Below are positions 26,618 to 35,328 of a DNA stretch of 43,343 nt, piece after piece. Positions within the stretch are counted from its first letter, which is position 1. Each line of letters begins with the position of its first letter. The position numbers were made by a program, and so were the translations under genes. This DNA is from a virus (lineage: Duplodnaviria; Caudoviricetes): the IMG/VR virus record IMGVR_UViG_3300043754_000006, positions 1 to 43,343 of that record; one strand, 5' to 3'. Under the pieces are notes generated by a model, which worked only from the letters and a program-made list of their open reading frames with translations, was not told the DNA's origin and did no database searches.

Positions 26618-28584
26618 TGGCGAACATCACCGAAAACGACAGCTATGATTCTGGCGTCTATCAGTATCAGACGACGGACGCGGCGCTAGGCGGCCCGACT
26701 GGCGTAATGAATACGCCGCTTGGCAATCTCGCGAACCGCACGCGCTATTTGCTGAACCGTCTGCTGGACGGCGCGCTGAAGTTCATCACCGACAGCAGCG
26801 CGGCGGCCGGCACGATCACGCTGAACCTGACGCAGATTCCGCCCGCGCTTGTCGATGGCATGGAAGTCACTTTCCGCGTCGCAAACCTGAACCCCGGCGC
26901 AGTGAACCTTCAGGTTCAATACGGTGCACCAGGCGCGAACCCGACGACATCGACGCTGCCGCTGTATGGCGGCGATCACGTCGCGATGGCTGGCGGCGAA
27001 CTGCCTGTCGGCGCAATCGTTCGCGCCAAGCTGAACCTGCAACTGAACGCGAGCAATGGCGGCGCATGGGTAGCGCAGGCCGTCACTGGCGGTTACGCGC
27101 GCATTCCGACCGCGCCAATCGGCGACACGACGACGAAGGCCGCGAACATGGCGGCCGTGTCAAACGCAACGGACGGCCTGGCAACGATCAGCGTAAGCGT
27201 GGGCGCGAACATCACGCTGACGGCTGCGCAATACGGCTGCGCCATGCTGAAGCTGACGGGCACGCCCACCGCGCCGATTACCCTGCTGCTGCCTGCCGGC
27301 GTCACGGGCCAGTGGATCATCAACAACCAGCAAGGTGGCGCGAACAATATCACCGTGCAGCCTGCTGGCGGCGCAGGCGTGATTCTGCCGCAGCCGTCTG
27401 GCAGTCCCGTTGCCACCATCGTTATGAGCGACGGCGCCACGGCATCGTTCGCGAGCGCGCAGGCCGGCCAGGCCGCGTTCACCATCGTTCCCATCGCGTC
27501 GTTCACCGGCACCAGCATGACGGTCCCTGGCGGTTATTCGCCTGGCGCCATCATGATCGAGAAGAACGGTATTCTGCTTGAACCGACGAACGACTACACG
27601 GCGCCGACCAGCCCGACCGTCACGCTGGTGAAGCCTGCCGCATCGACGGACGTGTACAACGTCTATCGGTTCAACTCGTTCACCGTCGCAAACGCCGTGC
27701 AGAAGTCTGGCGATACGATGGGCGGCCCTCTGGGTCTCGCAGCCGGCAGCACAGGCGTGACGCCGTCCGCGGGCGACAGCAGCACGAACGTGGCGACGAC
27801 GGCGACCATTCCCGCAGCGCTGCAGTCGATTAGCGCATCGGTCGCGTCCAGCGCGCTGACGCTGGGATTTACGCCCGTTGGGCCGGTTCAGTTTCGCAAT
27901 CCCGCGCTTACCAGCGGCGTACCTGTGTGGATGCTGGCTTCCGCGATTGGTGCGCTGTCGCTGACGGTTCCATCAGGCGCGACACTGGGCACCGTCGCAG
28001 GCCAGCAGGCCACGGTGATTTTAATGGTCGCGTACAACGCTGGGGCGCCCGTTCTGTGCGTGGCAAACCTTGCCGGCGGCCTGGTTCTGGATGAAACGAA
28101 CCTTATCAGCCCGACGACGATTAGCGCCGGCGCGACATCGGCCAGCACGATCTATTCGGCGGCAGCTGTCGCGGCAAATAGCCCTTATCGTGTCATCGGC
28201 ATGGTGGAAATCACCGAAGCCACTGCGGGCACGTGGGCCACTGCGCCGACACTTGTTCAGGGTTCTGGCGGCAAGGCGCTTGCCGCTCTGACTAGCCTGG
28301 GATACGGGCAAACGGCGCAGTTAGTGAGTGCAAGCCGCGCATTCGGAACGACGTACTACAACACGACGGACAAGCCGATTGTCGTGAATGTGTATGGCGT
28401 CATGTCCGCAGGGGCGTCAGCCCTATACGGCTATCTCAACGGCACGCAGGTGTTTATCGGCGCGCAAGTCCCTTCTGGCGGCGGCGATTCGTCCATAACG
28501 TTCATCGTGCCACCGGGCTTTTCATACAGCGTGCAGGCATCAACCGGTACGGCATCGACCCCTATATGGGCAGAGCTTCGCTAA
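26617..28584 (+). CDS. Tail fibre protein
   Basis: N-terminal GGPTGVMN...LANRTRYL anchor; KSGDTMGG knob; Gly/Ala/Thr-rich; C-terminal YYNTTDKPI domain. Confidence 0.88.
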   Translation: MANITENDSYDSGVYQYQTTDAALGGPTGVMNTPLGNLANRTRYLLNRLLDGALKFITDSSAAAGTITLNLTQIPPALVDGMEVTFRVANLNPGAVNLQVQYGAPGANPTTSTLPLYGGDHVAMAGGELPVGAIVRAKLNLQLNASNGGAWVAQAVTGGYARIPTAPIGDTTTKAANMAAVSNATDGLATISVSVGANITLTAAQYGCAMLKLTGTPTAPITLLLPAGVTGQWIINNQQGGANNITVQPAGGAGVILPQPSGSPVATIVMSDGATASFASAQAGQAAFTIVPIASFTGTSMTVPGGYSPGAIMIEKNGILLEPTNDYTAPTSPTVTLVKPAASTDVYNVYRFNSFTVANAVQKSGDTMGGPLGLAAGSTGVTPSAGDSSTNVATTATIPAALQSISASVASSALTLGFTPVGPVQFRNPALTSGVPVWMLASAIGALSLTVPSGATLGTVAGQQATVILMVAYNAGAPVLCVANLAGGLVLDETNLISPTTISAGATSASTIYSAAAVAANSPYRVIGMVEITEATAGTWATAPTLVQGSGGKALAALTSLGYGQTAQLVSASRAFGTTYYNTTDKPIVVNVYGVMSAGASALYGYLNGTQVFIGAQVPSGGGDSSITFIVPPGFSYSVQASTGTASTPIWAELR

Positions 28585-28596
28585 GGAAAACACAAA

Positions 28597-29097
28597 ATGG
28601 CATTCTTCCAAGACACTCAAGGCGGCCTGCATTACCTTAGCGATACGGATATCGCGAACGGCGGCGAAGCGTTTTTGCCGGCTGGCTCCGTATCGATCAC
28701 TGACGCCCAGGCGGCAGCGATTCAAAACCCGCCGTTGACACTCGCGCAAGCGCAGGCCGCGCAGACTTCGGCGCTCTACGCCGCGTGCCAGGCTGCAATC
28801 GCGAGCGGCTTTCAGTCGAATGCGCTTGGCACAGCAAGCGGCTATCCGAGCACGCTGACCGACCAGGCCAACCAGAACGCTGTCGCAAGCAGCGCATCTG
28901 GTGGGGCGCTATGGTGTCAGGCGGGCGGCGCATGGTCGATGAAGCCGCATACGCAAGCGCAGGCGCAGGCGGTAATCGCGAGCTTCGTGACTTGGCTGAA
29001 CGCCTGCCAGCAACAGCTTGCGGCGCTAACCGCTCAGGTAAGCGCCGCCACTACCGCTGCGGCGGCGCAGTCGGTCAACTGGGTTGCCCCGGCGTAA
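28597..29097 (+). CDS. Tail fibre assembly/chaperone-like protein
   Basis: Follows the fibre; LPAGSVSITDAQA and GFQSNALG..YPS..DQAN patterns. Confidence 0.65.
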   Translation: MAFFQDTQGGLHYLSDTDIANGGEAFLPAGSVSITDAQAAAIQNPPLTLAQAQAAQTSALYAACQAAIASGFQSNALGTASGYPSTLTDQANQNAVASSASGGALWCQAGGAWSMKPHTQAQAQAVIASFVTWLNACQQQLAALTAQVSAATTAAAAQSVNWVAPA

Positions 29098-29151
29098 CGA
29101 TTAGACCTGGACCAACCTGCAGGAATATAAAAACCACAACCAAGGAAAGGT

Positions 29152-29943
29152 ATGAGTCTCGCCGATGATATTTTGGAAGGAGCACCAGGAGTAATCAGCA
29201 AATTCGCGGGCCTTAATTTGCCGCCAGGCTACCTGTGGGCGAACGGTGCGGCGGTCAGTCGCACGACGTATGCCAGGCTGTTCGCCGCGCTCGCGATTTC
29301 GGTAACGGGCACCCTGGCGAACGGAAGCCAGACGATTTCTTCCGTGTCTCAGGACCTGACGCAGCTGCCCACGTCGGTTGTGGGGGCACCGATTTCCGGG
29401 AATGGAATTCCAGTTGGCGCGATCATCAGCGCTGTCACCAGCAATTCGATCACGCTTTCGTTAGCCGCGACCGCGAGCAATTCCGGCGTTGCGGTATGCG
29501 TCGCCCCGTATGGAGTAGGCGACGGCGCCACGACGTTCAACGTCCCTGACCATCGCGGACGCGTCGGCGTCGGTCATGACCTGATGGGCACGGCGGCGGC
29601 TGGGCGCATAACGAGCGGCGGCAGCGGCGTGAACGGCGCGCTGTTGGGCGCATCTGGCGGAGCTGAAACCGTCACGCTTAGTACGGCGCAAATGCCCGCG
29701 CACACGCACGCGAATACGCTGACGGATAACGGGCACCAGCACCAACTCCCGAACGGTATCAACAACTCGGCAAGCGGTGGCGCGCAGGCAGGCAGCGTAT
29801 CCGGCGCGGCGTACAGTTCCACGGGGCTTTCGACCGTCGCGACGACCACCGGCATCACGCTTACGAACGCCAGCCAGGGCAGCGGCAACGCGCACAACAA
29901 CGCGCAGCCGTCCATCGTGATGAACTTCATTATCAAGACCTAA
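29152..29943 (+). CDS. Tail collar domain protein (second fibre-like protein)
   Basis: PPGYLWANGAAVSRTTYARLFA...YGVGDGATTFNVPDHRGR; GGAETVTL..QMPAHTH; HNNAQPS...FIIK. Confidence 0.85.
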   Translation: MSLADDILEGAPGVISKFAGLNLPPGYLWANGAAVSRTTYARLFAALAISVTGTLANGSQTISSVSQDLTQLPTSVVGAPISGNGIPVGAIISAVTSNSITLSLAATASNSGVAVCVAPYGVGDGATTFNVPDHRGRVGVGHDLMGTAAAGRITSGGSGVNGALLGASGGAETVTLSTAQMPAHTHANTLTDNGHQHQLPNGINNSASGGAQAGSVSGAAYSSTGLSTVATTTGITLTNASQGSGNAHNNAQPSIVMNFIIKT

Positions 29944-29967
29944 AACGATTTTCGCTGCGCCCCTGTT

Positions 29968-29992
29968 TGCCGTCCTTCGGGACGGCTTTTTT
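29968..29992 (+). terminator. Rho-independent terminator
   Basis: GCCGTCC-TTCG-GGACGGC followed by TTTTTT; abuts late promoter 5. Confidence 0.85.
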
Positions 29993-29995
29993 GCG

Positions 29996-30038
29996 GCAGA
30001 ACCCACAAGAGGAAACCCGCTGCATCGCGCGGGAAAAT
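29996..30038 (+). promoter_or_regulatory. Late promoter 5 (sheath/tube operon)
   Basis: GCAGAACCCACAAGAGGA-N19-GAAAAT, intergenic. Confidence 0.78.
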
Positions 30039-30082
30039 GCCGCCAATTCCTGGGCTGCGCCCTCTAAGGACCCAAAGCAAAA

Positions 30083-31549
30083 ATGACGACTACTTTTCTG
30101 CATGGCGCCCAAGTCTTGAACGGCGGCACGTCTGCGAACCCTGTCACGACCGTGGCAACGTCCATCATCGGCATCATTGGTACGGCGCCGAATGCGGACC
30201 CCACTGTGTTCCCGCTGAATACGCCGGTATTGATCCCCGGCAGCGCGCAAATTGCGGCGAGCCTGGACACTACCGTAACGGACCTGACCAGCGGCGCCGG
30301 CACGCTCCCCGACGCGGTTGATTCGATCCTGAAGCAAGCGGGCGCGGTCATCGTCGTGGTGCGCGTCGATGGTGGCACCGCCGCCATGCCTGATACGGCA
30401 CAGCAGATTCTGGCTAACGTGTTGGGCGGCGTCAACGCAAGCACCGGCCAATATCTTGGCCTGCAGGCTTTCCTGGCTTCGCAATCGATCCTTGGTTTCA
30501 CGCCGCGCATTTTGATCGCGCCTGGCTTCACGCATCAGCGCGTGGCGGGCGGAGTCATCGCCATCAACGTTTCGGCTGGCGGCGAAGGCTACACGAACGG
30601 CACCTATACGCTGGTTGCCACGGGTGGCACTGGCGGCAGCGGCGTTGTCGCAACGGCGACTGTGGCGAACGGCGCGGTGGTTTCCACGGCAATCCAGAAT
30701 TCTGGCGGCGCGTACACCGCTGCGCCATCGTTCGCGCTGCCTGCTTCGGCTGGAACCGGCACTGGCGCCGTATTCGCGGCGACCATCGGCACGGCCGGCA
30801 ATGCCGTCGTGTCCGACTTGATCCCGGTTGCGCAGCGCATTCGCGCCGTCATCATCCAGGACGGCCCGAACACGAACAACACGGATGCCATCACAGCGGC
30901 CGGCGACTTCGTGAACGGTCGCGTGTACATGGTCGATCCGCAGTTCGTAAAGACGAACGGAAGCGGTGACCTGATTACGTCGTATTCCAGCGCGGCAGTT
31001 GCGGGCCTGATTGCCCAGAACGACAACGCGAACGGCTGGTGGTGGTCCCCGTCGAACCAGCAACTGAATGGCGTACAGGCCACGGCTCGCGCCATCGATT
31101 TCAAGCTGGGCGACCCGAGTTCAGCCGCCAACCTACTGAACGAGTCGAACGTTGCGACCATCGTTCGCCAGCAGGGCTATCGCCTCTGGGGAAACCGCGC
31201 AACGGATGGCACCTTCCTGTGCGTCACGCGCGTGAACGACATTATCAACGACAGCCTTCAGGAAGCCATCCTATGGGCGGTTGATCGTGGCATCACCAAG
31301 AATTACGTTACTGAAGTCATCGAGTACGTGAACGCTGATTTGCGCGACCTGACGACCGAAGGCGCAATCCTTGGCGGCACGTGCTGGGCAGATGCAAACC
31401 TGAACTCGGATTCGAACATCCAAGCCGGCAAGATTTATTTCGACTTCAAGTGGACGCCCGTGTATCCGGCCGAAGATATTACGTTCACGTCGTATATCGT
31501 GGATGACTATATCCAGACGGTGTTCGCCGGCCTGACCGCACCGAACTAA
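30083..31549 (+). CDS. Tail sheath protein (P2 FI-like)
   Basis: FLHG, IIGIIGTAP, PRILIAPGF, GWWWSPSN and GYRLWGNR. Confidence 0.95.
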   Translation: MTTTFLHGAQVLNGGTSANPVTTVATSIIGIIGTAPNADPTVFPLNTPVLIPGSAQIAASLDTTVTDLTSGAGTLPDAVDSILKQAGAVIVVVRVDGGTAAMPDTAQQILANVLGGVNASTGQYLGLQAFLASQSILGFTPRILIAPGFTHQRVAGGVIAINVSAGGEGYTNGTYTLVATGGTGGSGVVATATVANGAVVSTAIQNSGGAYTAAPSFALPASAGTGTGAVFAATIGTAGNAVVSDLIPVAQRIRAVIIQDGPNTNNTDAITAAGDFVNGRVYMVDPQFVKTNGSGDLITSYSSAAVAGLIAQNDNANGWWWSPSNQQLNGVQATARAIDFKLGDPSSAANLLNESNVATIVRQQGYRLWGNRATDGTFLCVTRVNDIINDSLQEAILWAVDRGITKNYVTEVIEYVNADLRDLTTEGAILGGTCWADANLNSDSNIQAGKIYFDFKWTPVYPAEDITFTSYIVDDYIQTVFAGLTAPN

Positions 31550-31611
31550 GACGACGGCCGCGCCTGGCGCGGCTGCTGCTACAATCTCGCGAAAACTAGG
31601 AGCCTGGGCAA

Positions 31612-32118
31612 ATGGCCGCACGCGACGTACTGAAAAATCTAACGCTGTGGGTGGACGGTCGCGGCATGGCCGGCCAGGTTCAGATGGTCAACCCGCCGAA
31701 GCTTGCGCAGCAGCTGGAAGAATTCCGGGGCGGCGGCATGGTGGCGCCCGTCGCCGTGACGGTGGGGATGGAAAGGCTGGTGTCCGACTTCTCGCTGATC
31801 GCGTACGACCCCGACGTGCTGGCGCTGTTCGGCGTGGTGGAAGGCGCAAGCGTGCCGCTCACCATTCGCGGCGCGCTCGAATCGTTCGACGGCACCGTGA
31901 CGCCCATCATCATGAACATGCGCGGCAAGGTGACCGAACAGGACCCTGGCACGTGGGAAGCCGGCAAGGTTCCGTACCTCAAGACCACGATGGAACTGAA
32001 CTATTACAAGCTTACGCACGGCACGACGGTCGTTACCGAAATCGACGTGGAAAACATGATCGCGTCTATCAACGGCACCGACACGCTGGCGGCAATGCGC
32101 ACGGCGCTGGGCCTGTAA
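31612..32118 (+). CDS. Tail tube protein (P2 FII-like)
   Basis: LKNLTLWVDG, EEFRGGGM, YYKL and EIDVENM..INGTD. Confidence 0.93.
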   Translation: MAARDVLKNLTLWVDGRGMAGQVQMVNPPKLAQQLEEFRGGGMVAPVAVTVGMERLVSDFSLIAYDPDVLALFGVVEGASVPLTIRGALESFDGTVTPIIMNMRGKVTEQDPGTWEAGKVPYLKTTMELNYYKLTHGTTVVTEIDVENMIASINGTDTLAAMRTALGL

Positions 32119-32180
32119 TAGCGAACACCTGGCCGGCACAGACCGGCCAGCATTCAAAAACGATTTTCAACAGGTGAGCA

Positions 32181-32468
32181 ATGAGCGCGAAGAAAGACCC
32201 TGACTGGCTGAAGCCTGGCGACGACGGCAGCATGATTGTCACGCTGTCAAAGCCGTTCGAAGTCAACGGCGCCAAGCTGTCGTATCTGACGATGCGCGAA
32301 CCGTCCGTGGATGACCAAATCATCAGCGGCGACGTGCGCGGCAGCGAAGCGGTGAAGGAAGTTCACCTGTTCAGCAATCTGTGCACCGTTGCGCCGGCCG
32401 ATCTTCGCAAGCTTCCCGTGCGCGACTATCTGCGCCTGCAGGCGGCGTTCGCAAATTTTATCGACTAA
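32181..32468 (+). CDS. Tail assembly chaperone (P2 gpE-like)
   Basis: TLSKP, LTMREPSV and DYLRLQ; lies between tube and tape measure. Confidence 0.85.
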   Translation: MSAKKDPDWLKPGDDGSMIVTLSKPFEVNGAKLSYLTMREPSVDDQIISGDVRGSEAVKEVHLFSNLCTVAPADLRKLPVRDYLRLQAAFANFID

Positions 32469-32593
32469 GCGCCGACACCATCCGCAGCGGCGTTTTGAAG
32501 CTTGCCAGTCATACGGGCTGGTCTGAGGCGGAAATTTTAGGAATGCGGCAAAGCCGGTTCATATGGTGGCTTGAGGGACTTCCAGAGGAATAG
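32453..32593 (+). CDS. gpE' extension reached by a programmed -1 frameshift
   Basis: Slippery heptamer A AAT TTT at 32453-32459; the -1 frame reads YRLSADTIRSGVLKLASHTGWSEAEILGM...W. Confidence 0.75.
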   Translation, partial: KFYRLSADTIRSGVLKLASHTGWSEAEILGMRQSRFIWWLEGLPEE

Positions 32594-32602
32594 CGAACGC
32601 CT

Positions 32603-34639
32603 ATGGCGACGAATAAGCGGCTGTCCGCAACTATCACCATCGGCGGCGCAATCTCTGGAACCCTGAAAGGCGCGTTCGGAGAAGTAAAGGGCAAGCTTGG
32701 CGAAGTCGGCAAGGCCATCACCGACCTGACGAAGCGCCAGAAGCTGCTTGGCAAAGCCATCCAAGAATTCGGCCGAACCGGCAAAGACGTGGACGGCCTG
32801 CGCAATTCCTATGCGAAGCTGACGCAGCAAATCGAGCGCGCGCAACGCGCGCAGTCGCGCCTGAAAAACGCGATGCAGTTCAAGGAAACGGCCGGCAAAG
32901 TCGGCGGCTATCTGAAGTCTGCCGCAGGCTATTCGGCTGTCGGCGCTGGCGCGCTTGGCCTGGTTGGACGCGCTACAGTCGGCGCGGCAATCGAGCGCGA
33001 AAACGCCGTCAACGTCCTGCGAAACTCTGGCGCATCGAAGCAAGAGCAAGACGAGATGATTTCGGCCGCGCAGAGCTCAAAGCAGTTCGGCGTTTCGGTG
33101 ACCGAAGCCACCAAGATTGTGGGCGAGCTGCGCGCATCGCTTGGCAGCGCATCGCACGCCATCGAAGCGCTGCCCACTGCCCTGGCGGCAAAGTCTGGGC
33201 TGCAGCTGTACAACCGCTCGCACCCCGGCCATGAAATCGATGATGACGCGGCCTATTCGCTTGCGAAGATCGCCGACGAGCGCGGGGGCGCCACCAACCC
33301 GGCAGAAATGCGAAAGCAGATGAACTGGGCGTTCAAGGCCATCACCGGTTCACAGGGGAAGCTGACCGCTGCTGATTTGCTGACGGCGCAGCGCGGCGCC
33401 AAAGCTGCCGGCGTTGCGGCGACCGATGAAGCGTTCTTCGGCGACACGTTCCTGATGCAGGCGCTGGGCGCGCCTGGCTACGGTAAAGCGCTGTCCACGC
33501 TGAATAACGCGTGGATAGGCGGCCACCAGGACAAATCGCACCTGACGAACATGCTGAAGGACGGCCTGCTTGATCCGAAAAAGGTGACGCTGAAAAACGG
33601 CCTGGTTGACAAGTACAGCCCCGAAGCGCTGGTGAACCACGGGCTGTTCATTCAAGACCAGCAGGCATGGGTTGAAAAGTACCTGGTCCCGCTGGCGAAG
33701 CGCCAGGGCGTAAACCTGGATGACGATGCCGCCGTGCAGGCGTTCGCGGCGTCCATCACGTCCAACACGAACGCCACGAACATGGTGTTTCAGCGCCTGA
33801 AGAACCGCACCAGCATCGACCGCGACCGCCAGAACGTCCTGCAGGCGAATGGCATCACCGCATCCGACACCGCCAATCAGAATTCATCGGCCGGCAAGAT
33901 GGGTAATGCTCAAGCACGTTTAAACGATGCTGAAGCGCGCGTGGGCGCCGTCCTGCTGCCGAAATTCGCTTCGGCGATGGAAAAGACCGCGACCGCATTG
34001 GAGCGCGTCAACGAGTTCGCCAAAGAGCATCCGGCGCTGTTCAGAACTGTCGTGGAAGGGCTTGGCGCCCTGGCTGTCGGGCTGGCCGTCGCCGCGCCTG
34101 TTCTCCTGGTTGCAAATGGCGTCCTTCAAACTATCGCCGCCGTGAAGCTTGCGCGGGCGGCGGCCGAAGTCACGTCTCTGACTTCGGCGCTGGGCGGCGT
34201 AGAAGGCGCAGCAGCAAAGGCAGGCGGCGGCGTGCTGGGCTTAATCGGAAAGTTCGGCCTGGCGCTTGGCCTGGCGCAGGTAGCGCTGGCGGCAGCGAAG
34301 GCCGCAGGGCTGCCCGACGTGGACAAAAAGCAAGGCATCGCCGACGTGACGAACGGCGACTGGTGGGCCGCGTCTGCGCACCTATCTGCTGGCGATTTTC
34401 TGTCTGCAGGCTGGAATCGCATCACTGGCAAATCTGATGCCGACATCGCCGCATCGCTTGCTGGCAAGAAATCGGGTGGCGGCGGCAGCACTGACAACAG
34501 CGTGAAGGTGCAAACCATCAACGTGTACGCGCAGAACCCGCAGGACGGCACCGCACTTGCGAATGACTTCACACGCGAGATACAGAAGCGGCAGGCGGTC
34601 AAGAGTCGCAGCATAATGTTCGACGGGGCATCACAATGA
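32603..34639 (+). CDS. Tape measure protein
   Basis: 678 aa, helical and Ala/Gly-rich; follows the chaperones. Confidence 0.88.
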   Translation: MATNKRLSATITIGGAISGTLKGAFGEVKGKLGEVGKAITDLTKRQKLLGKAIQEFGRTGKDVDGLRNSYAKLTQQIERAQRAQSRLKNAMQFKETAGKVGGYLKSAAGYSAVGAGALGLVGRATVGAAIERENAVNVLRNSGASKQEQDEMISAAQSSKQFGVSVTEATKIVGELRASLGSASHAIEALPTALAAKSGLQLYNRSHPGHEIDDDAAYSLAKIADERGGATNPAEMRKQMNWAFKAITGSQGKLTAADLLTAQRGAKAAGVAATDEAFFGDTFLMQALGAPGYGKALSTLNNAWIGGHQDKSHLTNMLKDGLLDPKKVTLKNGLVDKYSPEALVNHGLFIQDQQAWVEKYLVPLAKRQGVNLDDDAAVQAFAASITSNTNATNMVFQRLKNRTSIDRDRQNVLQANGITASDTANQNSSAGKMGNAQARLNDAEARVGAVLLPKFASAMEKTATALERVNEFAKEHPALFRTVVEGLGALAVGLAVAAPVLLVANGVLQTIAAVKLARAAAEVTSLTSALGGVEGAAAKAGGGVLGLIGKFGLALGLAQVALAAAKAAGLPDVDKKQGIADVTNGDWWAASAHLSAGDFLSAGWNRITGKSDADIAASLAGKKSGGGGSTDNSVKVQTINVYAQNPQDGTALANDFTREIQKRQAVKSRSIMFDGASQ

Positions 34640-35109
34640 GCATAGGCAGCTTTGTATCCGGCTATGTGCCCATGCTTATGCTGGGCACGTTCCGGTTTTC
34701 GCTGAACGTCGCAGTGCCCCAGGAAATCGAGCGAAGCACGGAATACAAATGGCCGGCGCAGGCGCTGTTCGGCCAGGCGCAGGCACGTCAGTTCGTCGGC
34801 ATTGGTGACGATACGATCACGCTGCCAGGCGTAATCTTCCCCGAATGGAAGGGCAGCACGAACGCGATGAAAACTCTGCGCGGCTTGGCGGCGCAGGGCC
34901 AGCCGCTGCTGCTTATCGATGGCATGGGCACAGTGTATGGGCGCTGGGTCATCACGCGCGTGGATGAAAAGAAAAGCATATTCGCTGCAGCCGCGCAGCC
35001 TAAGAAAATCGAATTCAGCGTGACGCTGCAGTATTTCGACGGCGCGCAAGTTGGCCTGCTGCCAGACCTTAGCGGCACGCTGCTGGGCGCCGCAATTAGC
35101 GCGATATAA
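34636..35109 (+). CDS. Tail protein U (P2 gpU)
   Basis: MLMLGTFRF, QFVG.G.DTITLPG, G.VYGRWVI and KIEFSVTL. Confidence 0.9.
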   Translation: MSIGSFVSGYVPMLMLGTFRFSLNVAVPQEIERSTEYKWPAQALFGQAQARQFVGIGDDTITLPGVIFPEWKGSTNAMKTLRGLAAQGQPLLLIDGMGTVYGRWVITRVDEKKSIFAAAAQPKKIEFSVTLQYFDGAQVGLLPDLSGTLLGAAISAI

Positions 35110-35111
35110 AC

Positions 35112-35327
35112 ATGGCGACGACGACTTACACCACGAAGGACGGCGATGTGGTTGATGCCATCGCTTATGCCTATTACGGCACGCTGGACGGCCTGGTGGT
35201 CGAACAGTTGCTGGCGGCGAACAATGGTCTGTCCGATTACGGCCCGATCCTGCCGGCCGGCGTCGTCATCACGCTGCCAGTGATCGCGACGAACAACACG
35301 AACCAAGCCGTGAAGCTTTGGGATTAA
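35112..35327 (+). CDS. Tail protein X (LysM-like, P2 gpX)
   Basis: YTTKDGDVVDAIAYAYYG...N.GL...LPAG...LWD. Confidence 0.92.
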   Translation: MATTTYTTKDGDVVDAIAYAYYGTLDGLVVEQLLAANNGLSDYGPILPAGVVITLPVIATNNTNQAVKLWD

Positions 35328-35328
35328 C

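Noticed and set aside
12164-30013. The 18-bp repeats as CRISPR repeats, recombination sites or DGR elements
   Set aside because: They are kilobases apart with no spacer array. No cas, invertase or reverse transcriptase gene is visible. Position and spacing fit promoters.
9105-31027. NDN near-matches (HNDN in the Nmad5-like protein, SNDN at about 22313, QNDN in the sheath) and TNDN in ORF 42219-42452
   Set aside because: They lack the Ala before NDN or lie in a spurious frame overlapping the helicase start, so they were not counted in the ANDN set.
34531-34570. GCAGAACCCGCAGGACGG in the tape measure gene as a sixth late promoter
   Set aside because: Only the first half matches, and there is no GAVAAT at the fixed 19-nt spacing.
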